Below are positions 25,302 to 36,784 of a stretch of DNA of 57,322 nucleotides, piece after piece (within the stretch, counting starts at the first letter, position 1; every line of letters begins with the position of its first letter). The stretch spans positions 1 through 57,322 of the forward strand of contig UYFQ01000367.1 in the NCBI GenBank assembly GCA_900617105.1. The letters run 5' to 3'. Both the position numbers and the translations under genes were made by a program. Source of the DNA: Hydrurus foetidus (taxonomy: Eukaryota). The notes under the pieces are model-generated. The model saw nothing but the letters and a program-made list of their open reading frames with translations. It was not told the DNA's origin and ran no database searches.

Positions 25302-27623
25302 GTGGCGCAACTTGGGCCGCGGCCTACGTTGCCCCATTCTCATAAATATTCACACATCAAATCAGTTGAGATACCTACTCAAAGAGCGGTACTGACTGGT
25401 GGAGCTATGTATCACTCTCAAGGAGAGTCAAACCAAAATTTGGATTCAATAGTGGACAATGTCCCAACAACAAAAAGAATTAGTTTCCAAGATCAAAAAT
25501 TCAATACATTACCACCAGAGGTGGAAATAAGCCAGGGTGCAAATTGCACCCTTTCAACTACATCGAGCTTCTACAATCGACAAATTGCCGAAACATTTGA
25601 GCGTCTGTCTGAAGTCTTCCCAAATGAAGCTACAGAAGCAAATCGCAGCCAACTATGGAATATCGCTGAAACAGCGTATCACTTTGCTGACGAAGTATAC
25701 TCAATAAAAGAAGCGAACATATGGGCAAATAATTTCGAAATACACGAAGACATCGTCCAGAAAGATGAAGCACTGTTCCGTTCCTCAATGAGGGACCTAA
25801 CAGTCATGGTCAAAAGGCGAAAGAAAGAACTCTCACCGTTTAGACTCAACCGTGAGCGGATAGAAAATGCAACGCGCCCAGATAATCCAGAGCGTCATCG
25901 ATTAATTCGATTAGCGGAAAAAGGAATGCCGCTGCTGCTTCGCCCTGGGTTTTGTCCAAATGGATCTGGGCCACTTCCCCCATTGCGTCGAAAATACGTG
26001 ACTGTGCAGAGTGCAGTGAATCGGCTATTATTCGAAAATTTTCACCAAAAGGGACTAGCCTTCATTCTTACAAAAGCGACTGCGCTAAAAATCCCTGGAC
26101 TGCACCTAAGCCCTCTATCATGGACTGAGAAACAAGGAAAGGTTCAAGGGAGACCTATTGGGGATTGCTCTGACGGTGGTCGAGAATTGAATAACGAACC
26201 GTTAAACTCCGATCACACAAAGGATGCATCTGATGAACTGTGGGGACAAATAAAGCATCCAACGCTGGAAGACATCTGTCTCCTCATTACTGATTTCAGT
26301 ATATCTGAACGAGCAGCAGATAGCACTTTTAACGCCGAAGAGATAGTTCTCTGCAAGCTCGACCTTCAACAAGCCTTTACACTGATAGAGTTCGAGGCAA
26401 GTGACGTCAAACATCTTGGAATGGAAATGACCAATGACAGAGTCATGTTCTTCCTTTGTGGGATCTTTGGCTGGACCGGAACGCCCGCAGCTTTTCAAGT
26501 TGTGAATCGAGCAATTATGGACGAACTGGAATACAAAATCAAAGGAAAAGCATTAATGTATGTTGACGATATCATAATCGCCACTCGCAAAAAGAACGTC
26601 AACTCAGATATCGAGGCTACAAACAAAGTGTGCTGCAGCCTATTGGGGGATAATGCAGTCGAACACAAGAAAACAGAATCCGGCCGGAACATCGTAGCCA
26701 TTGGGTATGAATTCGACCTTGACAAAGGTCTCGTGACTCTATCGCCAAGAAACACATATCGTACACTGTATGCGTTCATGTCTGTCGACTTCGAGGAAAC
26801 AATAAAAGTATCTGCAATGCAGAAACTAGCATCGCTCGCATCGCGCTGCTCAAAAATAAACGTGTATATGAAACCCTACGTGATGGTTCTCTACAGGGAG
26901 TATGCCGGACGAGGACAGCACACATCGTTCATGATCAGCTCACCAGCTCGGCATGTCATCTGGTTCTTTAGAGTTCTTCTAGGACTTACAGCAGTTTGTC
27001 GTGACCGCTTCTCACGGTCACTAATGTCCTTCCGATCCGTCGTTCCTACCTTGATTATCGAATTCGATGCTTCACTGAATGGAGTCGGCATCCTCTACTA
27101 CATACCAGGTGCTATACGCGATACACTGATCGGTAGTTGCGCAATTGACATCTCGAGTCTCGGTTTCGGATCGGAAGCAAAATATCAGAATGCAGCTGAG
27201 TTCTTAGGACCAGTGCTAGGCATAGAAGGTCTGAAAGAGCTGGGTGTGACTGCAAAGAGCATTCACCTAAGAGGTGACTCTATGACAGCACTGACCTGGG
27301 CAGCCACAGAAAAGTTCAAGGGTAACCTTGTCAGTAACGCTGCGTCGGTTTTTATACTACAAGGAATCATAACGGGCGTATCTGTGGGCAGAGTAACCCA
27401 CTTGTCTGCCGAAGATAATTGGCGCACAGACTTTCTCTCTCGCGGGGGTTCAATAGAAGATCTACTTCTTAAAGATCCGGCATTAGAAAAACCAAAGAAG
27501 CTAATCATTAACAAGCAAAAAGAAATCTTAGCGCTGTGCAACCCCAGAAGAGAAATAGTCGACGAAAAAGATTTTCGCAACTTCTGGATTGAAATAAAAC
27601 AAGTATTGCAATCACAGCTCTAA
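25302..27623 (+). CDS. Reverse transcriptase-RNase H of YR retrotransposon
   Basis: KLDLQQAF, IFGWTGTPAAFQ, MYVDDIII; RNase H motifs EFDASLNGVG, AAEFLG, RGDSMTAL, TDFLSR. Confidence 0.92.
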   Translation: MAQLGPRPTLPHSHKYSHIKSVEIPTQRAVLTGGAMYHSQGESNQNLDSIVDNVPTTKRISFQDQKFNTLPPEVEISQGANCTLSTTSSFYNRQIAETFERLSEVFPNEATEANRSQLWNIAETAYHFADEVYSIKEANIWANNFEIHEDIVQKDEALFRSSMRDLTVMVKRRKKELSPFRLNRERIENATRPDNPERHRLIRLAEKGMPLLLRPGFCPNGSGPLPPLRRKYVTVQSAVNRLLFENFHQKGLAFILTKATALKIPGLHLSPLSWTEKQGKVQGRPIGDCSDGGRELNNEPLNSDHTKDASDELWGQIKHPTLEDICLLITDFSISERAADSTFNAEEIVLCKLDLQQAFTLIEFEASDVKHLGMEMTNDRVMFFLCGIFGWTGTPAAFQVVNRAIMDELEYKIKGKALMYVDDIIIATRKKNVNSDIEATNKVCCSLLGDNAVEHKKTESGRNIVAIGYEFDLDKGLVTLSPRNTYRTLYAFMSVDFEETIKVSAMQKLASLASRCSKINVYMKPYVMVLYREYAGRGQHTSFMISSPARHVIWFFRVLLGLTAVCRDRFSRSLMSFRSVVPTLIIEFDASLNGVGILYYIPGAIRDTLIGSCAIDISSLGFGSEAKYQNAAEFLGPVLGIEGLKELGVTAKSIHLRGDSMTALTWAATEKFKGNLVSNAASVFILQGIITGVSVGRVTHLSAEDNWRTDFLSRGGSIEDLLLKDPALEKPKKLIINKQKEILALCNPRREIVDEKDFRNFWIEIKQVLQSQL

Positions 27624-27734
27624 CCGTTTTCTCATACATCGTTTACCCTCTCCACCGATATACTATTACATTCAATTATCGCAGAATGGAACATTGACCA
27701 CAGACGAGACACCTTCGGCGAAGACGTAGACTCC

Positions 27735-29003
27735 GTGATCACGGATAATGAAGCAGCTTTACTAAAGCAATTTCTATCGAAAAGCGTCACGATGTCGACG
27801 GCACAAGGATACCTGTCAGGGATCAAGAAATGGAGAGAATATCTCGAAACCCTGGACAGCAACTTTCCGGGTTACTACCTGGAACACATAAAAGACGACA
27901 ACGACAAAGGACGACGCGTCGTCCTATACATGGCATACCTGTACCTTAACTTTGGCCTACGGGAGGAGCAAATCAAACGGCTCATAACAGGAATTACATA
28001 TCTCTTCGAAATCGAGGGAGTCCCGAGCGAATTCTTCAAACTGGCTGTAGTATCACGAGGTCGGGCTGCTGCCAGCAGAACTGTCCCAGAGGCAAGAGAG
28101 TATGAAGAGGAACGATCAAAGAAAGCAATACTTCCAGTCTGTCTCGACATCGTTTTAGCCATGAGGACAAAGTATTGGGAGGAAAGGAATTGGACAGTAC
28201 CCGACATAGACAAACGCGCAATCTGGCTTGCAGTAGCGCTAGGTTTTGACTCAGGGCCAAGAATCGGAAATATAACAAAGAAGGACGGAAAGAATGGACC
28301 GGATCATTGTATTCGCGCGAAGCATTGCTTATTCCTTGTAGCCGACCCGACAACATCAACGGAGAGACAAATTGAAGGAGGTCCTGCAGTAAAAGAATTT
28401 TTAAATCAACCTGGAGTAACAGCGGCTGATATCTTGTCGGTTGATCTTTATTACCTATCTTCCAAAACATCCGGTAAGGTGAAGGCAGTTGTGCGACACC
28501 CAAAGCACTTGGCGCGACGAAGTGCGATTGAACAAACTGTTCTTGATGATTTAATTCAATGGATGCTGCACTCAGAAGTAAAGAGTGATGATGAGCTGTT
28601 GTCAAGATATAGCATTGAAGGAAGGAAGAAAACAGTCATTCGAAAAGATGTTCGAAAGGCTATCAAAGATACCGTAATCGAAATGGGCCTCCCCCCTGCG
28701 AATTTCTCGAACAAGTCTCTTCGTAGTGGTTTCAGCTCTCATGTCATTGCAAACGGGATGGGGGAGTGCGAGATGAAAAGGGGAGGAGGTTGGACAGAGA
28801 ACTCACAAGTTCCCAACAACCACTATACCCATCAAATGAGGGATAGAGGGGCACTCGCGTTAGCAACATCAGGGTCAGGCGTGCAGTCCCTAGGAATAGC
28901 TGACATTAAGCGAATGTTGCCTGTAGTAACGGAGGAAAAGGTATCCGGGTTGGGATTGTTGGGGGGAACCGATTCCTCAGGGAAAAGGATGTCACTTGGG
29001 TAG
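27735..29003 (+). CDS. Tyrosine recombinase of YR retrotransposon
   Basis: SGPRIGN (Arg I), SKT (Lys), NKSLRSG (Arg II), GGW and NHY (Tyr). The true start may lie upstream. The 3' end overlaps repeat B1. Confidence 0.85.
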   Translation: MITDNEAALLKQFLSKSVTMSTAQGYLSGIKKWREYLETLDSNFPGYYLEHIKDDNDKGRRVVLYMAYLYLNFGLREEQIKRLITGITYLFEIEGVPSEFFKLAVVSRGRAAASRTVPEAREYEEERSKKAILPVCLDIVLAMRTKYWEERNWTVPDIDKRAIWLAVALGFDSGPRIGNITKKDGKNGPDHCIRAKHCLFLVADPTTSTERQIEGGPAVKEFLNQPGVTAADILSVDLYYLSSKTSGKVKAVVRHPKHLARRSAIEQTVLDDLIQWMLHSEVKSDDELLSRYSIEGRKKTVIRKDVRKAIKDTVIEMGLPPANFSNKSLRSGFSSHVIANGMGECEMKRGGGWTENSQVPNNHYTHQMRDRGALALATSGSGVQSLGIADIKRMLPVVTEEKVSGLGLLGGTDSSGKRMSLG

Positions 29004-30273
29004 AGATAGTAGAGATAGCGAGGCATGTCTAACTGTCCATCTCGTACTCTACCCAGGGAGCCATACTCAACCACACAACATTCCATCTCGTGCGATACAT
29101 TAACATCGATATGATACTAACATATACAATATACATTCGTCGGCATCAACCAGCAGTATTTCACCCCGTCCTGAACAGAGAGGCAGTCGTGAGGGAGTGT
29201 TTCCTTAGTATCATGCAATGACAACTTTAAGATCTAGCCTCGACACTGTGGATCTACAGTCAGGCAGTGGATGAGCGAAGATCTTACTCGGTTTCCAACT
29301 TTCCCGGTTCTGAATGAAGAACAGACTCAGTACAAAAATGGTAGAATGCGGGAGTGCACGTACGTGATCTGTGTTTTTCAGGATGAGTACGGTTCTCATT
29401 TCAGGCATTGTGCGTTAACTTAAGTTTCTCTTCGCGCATTTGAGTTGGAGGAAATGATCAAGAGGGGCGAGACATCGAGTAGCATTCGCCACAAACATCT
29501 CTAAGAAAGAGAATCGAGTTTGTGATCATTGACTTAGCTGTAGCTCCCCTGTGGTGTTTCGAACTTTTTACCAACCCACCCACCCTACATTATTGTTTAT
29601 GAATGGTTCATGATAGCTTTAATTACTTTAGTATGTGTTAAGTTTCTATGCTGTTTTTTACGCATCGTTCTGTGTGTTAAGTCCAATACGTAATGGGGTA
29701 CACCGATTCCTCAGGGAAAAGGATGTCACTTGGGTAGAGATAGTAGAGATAGCGAGGCATGTCTAACTGTCCATCTCGTACTCTACCCAGGGAGCCATAC
29801 TCAACCACACAACATTCCATCTCGTGCGATACATTAACATCGATATGATACTAACATATACAATATACATTCGTCGGCATCAACCAGCAGTATTTCACCC
29901 CGTCCTGAACAGAGAGGCAGTCGTGAGGGAGTGTTTCCTTAGTATCATGCAATGACAACTTTAAGATCTAGCCTCGACACTGTGGATCTACAGTCAGGCA
30001 GTGGATGAGCGAAGATCTTACTCGGTTTCCAACTTTCCCGGTTCTGAATGAAGAACAGACTCAGTACAAAAATTAGTTTTCGGTGCGTAAGAAACGGTAA
30101 CCGGTTGAGTCTATATGTTAAAAAATTTTAAATTTTCGATTCGATCGGGATCCTGTCTACACAGTCCACAGTCGAGTTTGCAGATCCGAGAGGTATTTAG
30201 TAGTTAGTAGTTACCGTGCAGTACAGTATATCGTTAGCATATCTTCGAAGGGACAACGTCACATAAAATATTT

Positions 30274-32052
30274 ATGTCTATGAAGATGTCGGCAATGGTT
30301 AGGTCAGTGTGTCTCCTCGCAACGGTGATCACATTCAGTTTAGTTGTGGCAGGTAGTGTCCCTCAAGGCTCCACAGTAATGAAAATTGTCAACCATGCTG
30401 GGTCGCCAGTCGAACTCTTCTGGGTTAACGTGTTTGAAAAAGGACGTCCTATCGTGAAGCAGACCACGAAGGCTATTCGAAACAATAGTGAAACAATAGT
30501 AAGTCAATAATATGGAACGTAAAATCATTTTGAACGTAATTTCACCACAACCTGTCAACCGCTTCGTAGATCAACAGCTACGATACGCACGAATTCACTC
30601 TAAAATTCCTCACACCGCCTGCTGGCCTTGATCCAGAGGTTTCCTTCGTCAAGGGCCCTAAAGAAGAAGTTGTCACTGTATCTTACACTCCGGAGAATGG
30701 AATGACTTTGACACAGATGACAAAATTTGATGAACTGCTTATCAAAGTTAAAGCACAAACTGTAGATTGCGCTGATCTGAAAGGCGATGACTACGACGCA
30801 TGCTTCACTTCCGGCATCGTAGAGGATGTGATAAAGATGGAGGAAAAAAGAGTGGAAGTGACGAAGTACCGAGATCTCATGTCCTATCGATTACGGAACT
30901 ACACTTGTGCAGATGACGCCATGAATACATCGAAACCTCTTGAAACTAAAGATTTCCACCTCAATGACGTCAACAACACTGTGTACAAGATGGACATGCT
31001 CTTCGATAGTCCAGCCTCCAAAATATGGGTAATTAATGACTTCATCACTGCCGAAGAATGCCAAATACTGTATGAGCACGGTAAACCACGTTTGAAGAGG
31101 GCAACAGTTGCTGGTGCCAACGGCAAAAGCCTCGTATCAAACAGCCGTAAAGCTCAGCAAGCGAGCTATGTTCTACCGGACGATAATGCAGATCCACTCC
31201 TTGACCTGAAGTACAGAATTCTGCAAGTCACGAACAAGGTCACCGGGTACACTCTTCAAGGTGACGGACAGGAGGATTTCACAATTATTCAGTACAATAA
31301 AGACGATGAGTATGTACCCCACTGTGATGGCAATTGCGATGGATCGGACTACAAATCAGGAGGCCGCGTTGCCACTGCTCTCATGTACTGCCAAGTGGCA
31401 GAGAAGGGCGGAGGCACTACATTCACTAAAGCCGATGTATTCATCAAGCCACAGGTGGGTACGGCCACTTTCTTTTCATACAAAGGCCCTGATGGAAAGA
31501 TGGAAGACGGTTTCACGGAACATAGCGGCTGTCCCGTACTGGAGGGTGAGAAGTGGATCACAACATCGTGGATGCGAGAGGGAGTCTCGAAAGAACTTCC
31601 CTCCGATGTCTTTGATCCTACTGGCATGAGAACTGATGGAATTGATGCATCCGGTGGAGATGATGAACCGGAAGAGTTGGAAGATGGCGAAGAGTACGTG
31701 GACGAGGAAGACCACGTAAGTAAGTTTTCAGCTGCTTACTTCTCCTTTCAGTGACACAATGAAATTTGACTCGTAAAGTTCATCTCCATTCAATTTAACG
31801 ATGAAGGCGACAACGAACTCTGAAGAAGTCAACAGCTTGGAATCGTCAAATGAAGACAGTGCCAGTGAAGCATCTTTAGATAACGTACATGAGGAGAAGA
31901 TTTCGGCTGAGGGAGAGTCTGTCCAGGCTGGAGTCATCAACAGCGCTGAAGCCCCTGAGACTAAAGGCGGCTGGATGGGAGGAATTGTCAATGGCTTGAA
32001 CACGTGGAAGGCCAATTTTGGGAAGAAATCTGCTCTATCAACCGATTTATAG
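30274..32052 (+). CDS. Secretory-pathway prolyl 4-hydroxylase-like 2OG-Fe(II) dioxygenase
   Basis: Signal peptide; intron 30499-30569; YVPHCD, RVATALMY, GGGTTF, HSGCPVLEGEKW. A second intron starts at 31716 and the last exon ends …STDL. Confidence 0.88.
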
Positions 32053-32740
32053 ATTGTTCATGGGGCCTCCTTCGGATTACATGGTAACTCGCTGGGGCTT
32101 TGCGAAGCGGGCAACACACATTATTCATGGACTCCTATTGATTACATTCTTAAGATCATTACTTTGATGCAATTGTTGACTTATATTATTTTCAATTACA
32201 CAACTTTCTCAAAATAATTGGCTGAAATCCTGTTTTCAGCTTGAAGGACCTTTGATGGATGAAAGATTCTGTTAATTCCATAGATCAATATTGAAGATTA
32301 TTTTCCAATTATTTTATTCTCTTGAAAAATGAAACTGTGCCGTCATTCGACTTTGCAGCTCATCGAATAAAATTCGAAACCTATGCAAGCGATATCGAAT
32401 GATTTGGAAACGATGTACAATTTCAGTCGGTATAGAAAATATACTTCATTACTGACAGCGGACTCGGTATTATGCTGTACACATCATTCCGCATACGGCC
32501 GATGGTAATAATTTGGATAGTACCTGAAAGGATTAATTCGACTTTTTGGGGTTTCCTCAAATATTATGGACTCTGATCAAAATTTGCTTTGATTTCATTT
32601 CTTTTTGCCACTGTATTTCCTTTTTTGGTGGACTACTTCCACTTTACGCTGCCGATATGGGATACTGGCTTTCATGACACTTTACTACTTCCGCACAGCA
32701 CCAGAATTATTGGCAGCTATTTCTGCCTTGCCAACCCGTA

Positions 32741-33187
32741 ATGGATACACTTCGTGGACTCACTGAGCAGATCAATGTTTTCGTTCGTTTTTTCGAGAGC
32801 GTTAACTATCTGTTTTGCCAGGTGCGATGGCTCGAGCAGAATATACAAAATAGCAGCAAGGGACTCCTTCTTGTCGTTGGAGTAATCGGCCTCATATGTT
32901 TCTATGTTTTTTCTTATGCTCAATCTGATGGCGGTGGCGACCCTCTCATGGCAGCAATATCTGGGTTCGTGGTGTCCTACTTCCCGATATTAGTGGTTGT
33001 TCTTCTCGTCGGTTATTTTTTGGCACGGAGGTTTTCCGGGTCATCTGACGGACAACTGGGAGATGGCGGTGGAATAGAGAACATTCTTTACGGATCACAT
33101 CATCGTCAACAAAATGCAGATGGTTCCGATGACGATGTCGAGAGCCGCCTTCATCCGAAGGCGGTTCATAGACTTGGTCACAAGTAA
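32741..33187 (+). CDS. Hypothetical small protein with two transmembrane helices
   Basis: 148-aa ATG-initiated ORF with two hydrophobic segments; no family recognised. Confidence 0.55.
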   Translation: MDTLRGLTEQINVFVRFFESVNYLFCQVRWLEQNIQNSSKGLLLVVGVIGLICFYVFSYAQSDGGGDPLMAAISGFVVSYFPILVVVLLVGYFLARRFSGSSDGQLGDGGGIENILYGSHHRQQNADGSDDDVESRLHPKAVHRLGHK

Positions 33188-34480
33188 CGATAAATTCCAA
33201 TTTCTTTAACTGTCCACGGTTGCCTGTACATTCCTAATCATTTTTATCTTTATAGGATTCTGCAACCATCACTATTTACATTGCTTCCAGATTTCTTTTA
33301 TATATTTAATCTGCACCTGACTGCCACATCTGATTTTTTAACAAATAACAGTTAATTTGAGAAGCTGAATAGTTCAACTAATACATCACCAAATTGCTGC
33401 GCACTTGAATTTTAGATCTGAGCGATCACACTATTCGTTTAATCACGCGCGATGTTATTCGCCTCGAATATAAGTACATCAATAATAGATACACAACTAT
33501 TTGAGGAAATAAATTCTGCGGTCCCGAGTCAGATTAAGCGTTTTGCTGAGGAATCATCTTTCTCACAAGTCGAGTGTAACTGATGAGAAAAAAGCAGAGT
33601 TCGATCTAACACACTCACTGTATCTGGATCACACTTATTCGACACCTCAATTCGACTTACTCAGCTGACTGTGGACCTCTGATGCATTTCCCCAGCAGTT
33701 AGAATGTAATTATCTACAGCAATACCTTTCCGATTTCAGAAAACGAATCAATTGCAATAACACTGGGACAAGAAGGTTAAAAAAGAGTAAAATGAGATCC
33801 TGCATCTGAATGTGCAGTATCCCACGATATGATATCGAGACAAAATTTGAGCATCCCGATAAATATCACCAACTGGATATACTAATTCCGTGATATCTGT
33901 ATTGTAAGTTTTCTTCAACATTCAAATTCATTTCTGCGAGAATCACTGATCTCGCTGAATTTTTACCGATCTTTATATTCGACTATATTCAAGAACACAA
34001 ACTGCAATACTTGGATTAAACGTTTTACCTTTTCTTTCTCCTAGTTTTATGCAATTGGAAGCTATTGGAGCTAAAGTAACAGCATTTCCTTTGGCGTAAT
34101 CAAAATTTAACTCCCGTTTCAGACTTTGATCAGCAAAAACCATTCAGAATGCGAAATGCTTGAACGGATCCGTCACTGCCATTAAAATACTGACATTTCT
34201 GTCACTGCGAGAATGATCTTACGGGATCAAGCAATACAGATGGTGAACTTCACTATTTTGATATTTTGATGTCTTGTCATTTCGCTAATATGCTACTTTG
34301 TTATTTTGTTATTATGGTATATTCCGTTTCACTTCGTGTGCCCTCTTCTGAACATACAGGTAGAGTATAAGCTATAAATATAAGCTACCGTAAGAGCTGT
34401 CCCTCAGTTTTAACCAAAATGGATCCGTTTTCGTTTTTCTAAACTCCACGTGTTGAGTTCTGAGTGCTCCACACGTATTA

Positions 34481-34699
34481 CCGTAGCAGAATAAAATGTC
34501 TGATTTTCATGCCCAAAATCCAACTCAAAAGTGTGTGTGACATGGTCAAAAACGGAGCCCACACCATACTACAGTAAAAATCAAAAAGAGGAAGGTTCCC
34601 CAGATTTTTTGCTTTTTTAGTATGGTGTGGGGTGATTTGGACGTGACCCGAGGTGTTTGAGTTTTGGGCACGAAAAGCAGACATTTTATTCTGCTACGG
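34481..34699. mobile_element. MITE with TA TSD (Tc1/mariner/pogo-like)
   Basis: 22-bp perfect TIR CCGTAGCAGAATAAAATGTCTG, flanked by TA on both sides. Confidence 0.85.
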
Positions 34700-35404
34700 T
34701 AATACATACCGTCTCCGATACTAGTTTATAGATTCGTACGGACCCATCTAGTACAGTGCAGAAGAGAAGACATGAGGACACCGACAGTTACTCTGTAAGT
34801 GCTTCTTCTATTTGGGAGACGAGCGCATAATTGTATCGTTATCTCGAAATGCGTTTTATTGTTGAATTCATAATTAAACCAAGAGTCCGAGTTTTTTTCC
34901 CCCGGTTTTCTTTTATTACCTTGATTTCTTTTCTTGATTCCACAGTTCGGTCCAAGGATTTTCGTTTTTTGAGGAATGTTCCCACTCAAAAAAATCGGAA
35001 AAAAAAGAACCGAGCGGAAGAAAAGAAAATGAGAGAACCGAAAGTCTGTTTTAGTTATGATTTTAACAATATGCACACCGGACTTTAAAAATTAAAAAAA
35101 ACGTTTATATTTTTTTTGAGTGAACACCGATTCCCAACAACTGACTGACAAATTTAATACCACCCAGTAATATCTAGGACATATTGATAATAATAAATGA
35201 TAAATCAATTGTGTTCATGAGTAATGTAGCAAAACAACACTAATACCTTGGGTATAAGTGAAACACCTTTGTTGTTCATCTTTCTATGCATGCAAGGGGC
35301 ACCGGCAAACCATTTATAGATTCCTACAGAAACATCTAGTACAATGCAGAAGATAAAACATGAGGACACCGACAGTCACTACCTTGATCAGAGGTAATAA
35401 CATG

Positions 35405-36045
35405 AGGTTCAGACAACCTTGATCTTCGTCTTGATGACAGCATATTGACAGGCGTCGTTGGCATCGCTGCATGAAGCCATTGATAGAATTGACGGCTTCC
35501 ATCATTGACGACAATCACACAACTTACATTTATAAATTGACATCTTTAAGTAATGTCTTACCTGGAACGCGTATAGGTTTGTGTGACAACGATTCAGACA
35601 ACCTTGATCTTCGTCTTGATGATAGCATATTGACAGGCGTCGTTGGTATCGCTGCATGAAGCCATTGATAGAATTGACGGCTTCAATCATTGACGACGAT
35701 TATGTAATCTACTTTAATTAATTGACGTCATGTAGTAAATTCTTACTCGGATGTCGTTTGTCATGTGACAATATTTTGGACGACTTTGATGTTCGTGTTG
35801 GTGACAGGATTTTGATAGGCGTTGCCGGCATCGCGTTTTGTTCGTTCATCGCTGCATGAAGCCATTGCCAAATCAGACGGCTTCAATAACTGACGATGAT
35901 AACGTAACTTCCAATTATTAACTGACGTCATATAGTAAAGTCTTACCTGGAACGCATATAACCGACGGTTCATCAAGCGACAACGTATCAGACAACTTTG
36001 AACTTCGCCTCGGTAAAAGCGTATTGACAGGAGTCGCCGATCGTG
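35405..36045. repeat. Degenerate tandem repeat, unit about 185-210 bp
   Basis: ACAACCTTGATCTTCGTCTTGATG…CATCGCTGCATGAAGCCATTG recurs near 35412 and 35598, and in diverged form near 35780 and 35990. Confidence 0.75.
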
Positions 36046-36054
36046 GTCCCCCAA

Positions 36055-36153
36055 TAATGTAAAAAACATCTAATTTTCTTCGATAACATCTTGTCGCGTA
36101 CTGCAGTACGGTAGAAGGGTGCTATCGAAGAAAATTAGATGTTTTTTACATTA
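36055..36153. repeat. 99-bp hairpin with 31-bp perfect stem
   Basis: TAATGTAAAAAACATCTAATTTTCTTCGATA … TATCGAAGAAAATTAGATGTTTTTTACATTA. Confidence 0.9.
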
Positions 36154-36286
36154 AATTTGTGCTGAATTTGAATTGATAGCTAACTCCTCATGATTCTGAA
36201 TATTGATGAAGATAGTTTCTTTTGGTGTGATTTTGAGTGTGGTCAAATGGCCTAGTACCAAACATATGGGACTAGACGGTATTCGG

Positions 36287-36656
36287 ATTCCTAAACTTTA
36301 TTGTGGACTTTTGTACTGACTCGCATATTGAATACCAAAAAAAAGGAAATCGCGTACTTGTCTCCCGTGAAGGTGAAAAATGGATGCAGATAATTGATTC
36401 GTTGCACTTTTAGCAACGACAAGAAACGTTTTTTTTGCAAAAACCATTTTCAAAAATGCAAAAAAAATGCAAACCATTTATTTCTGAAAAATTTACTCTT
36501 GCAGCTTTAACGAGTGTATTTAATCTACATTTACAATTTAGATATTTACATTTATGAAATATTTCATGGAGAATCATGTGATTATCTCTATTAATTGGTG
36601 TTTTTTGGTATTAAATATGCAAATTGGTACAAAAGTCTGCAGTAAAGGTTAGGAAT
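36287..36656. mobile_element. Old MITE with about 55-bp imperfect TIRs
   Basis: ATTCCTAAACTTTATTGTGGACTTTTGTAC…ATACCAAAAAA versus TTTTTTGGTAT…GTACAAAAGTCTGCAGTAAAGGTTAGGAAT. No clear TSD. Confidence 0.6.
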
Positions 36657-36784
36657 AGCATAATGTGTAACATTGCATAAGCTTTCAGAATCCCTTCTTA
36701 ATATACTGCTCCGATCAATATTGTCTGAGATATTATGAAAAAACGAGTGGCCTGATTATTGTCCGTGGCCTGATTATTGCCGGG

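Larger units (their letters stand above)
19480..30072 (+). mobile_element. Ngaro-like tyrosine-recombinase (DIRS-order) retrotransposon with split direct repeats
   Basis: Structure A1 (19480-19711), ORF1, RT/RH, YR, B1 (28968-29338), A2 (29339-29570), spacer, B2 (29702-30072). A = 232 bp, B = 371 bp. No TSD and no methyltransferase domain seen. Confidence 0.92.
19358..30097. mobile_element. Small MITE E (about 150 bp when empty), split by the YR retrotransposon
   Basis: Left TIR CCGTTTCTTCCGCACCGAAAACTAA; right TIR TTAGTTTTCGGTGCGTAAGAAACGG (30073-30097). TAA flanks both sides. The right arm is interrupted after 19479. Confidence 0.8.

Noticed and set aside
25302..29003. RT plus tyrosine recombinase as a retron, DGR or prophage module
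   Set aside because: RNase H fusion and split direct repeats identify a DIRS-order retrotransposon.
33200..34380. ORF-poor region as a possible ncRNA or gene
   Set aside because: No recognisable tRNA, rRNA, snRNA or coding motif.
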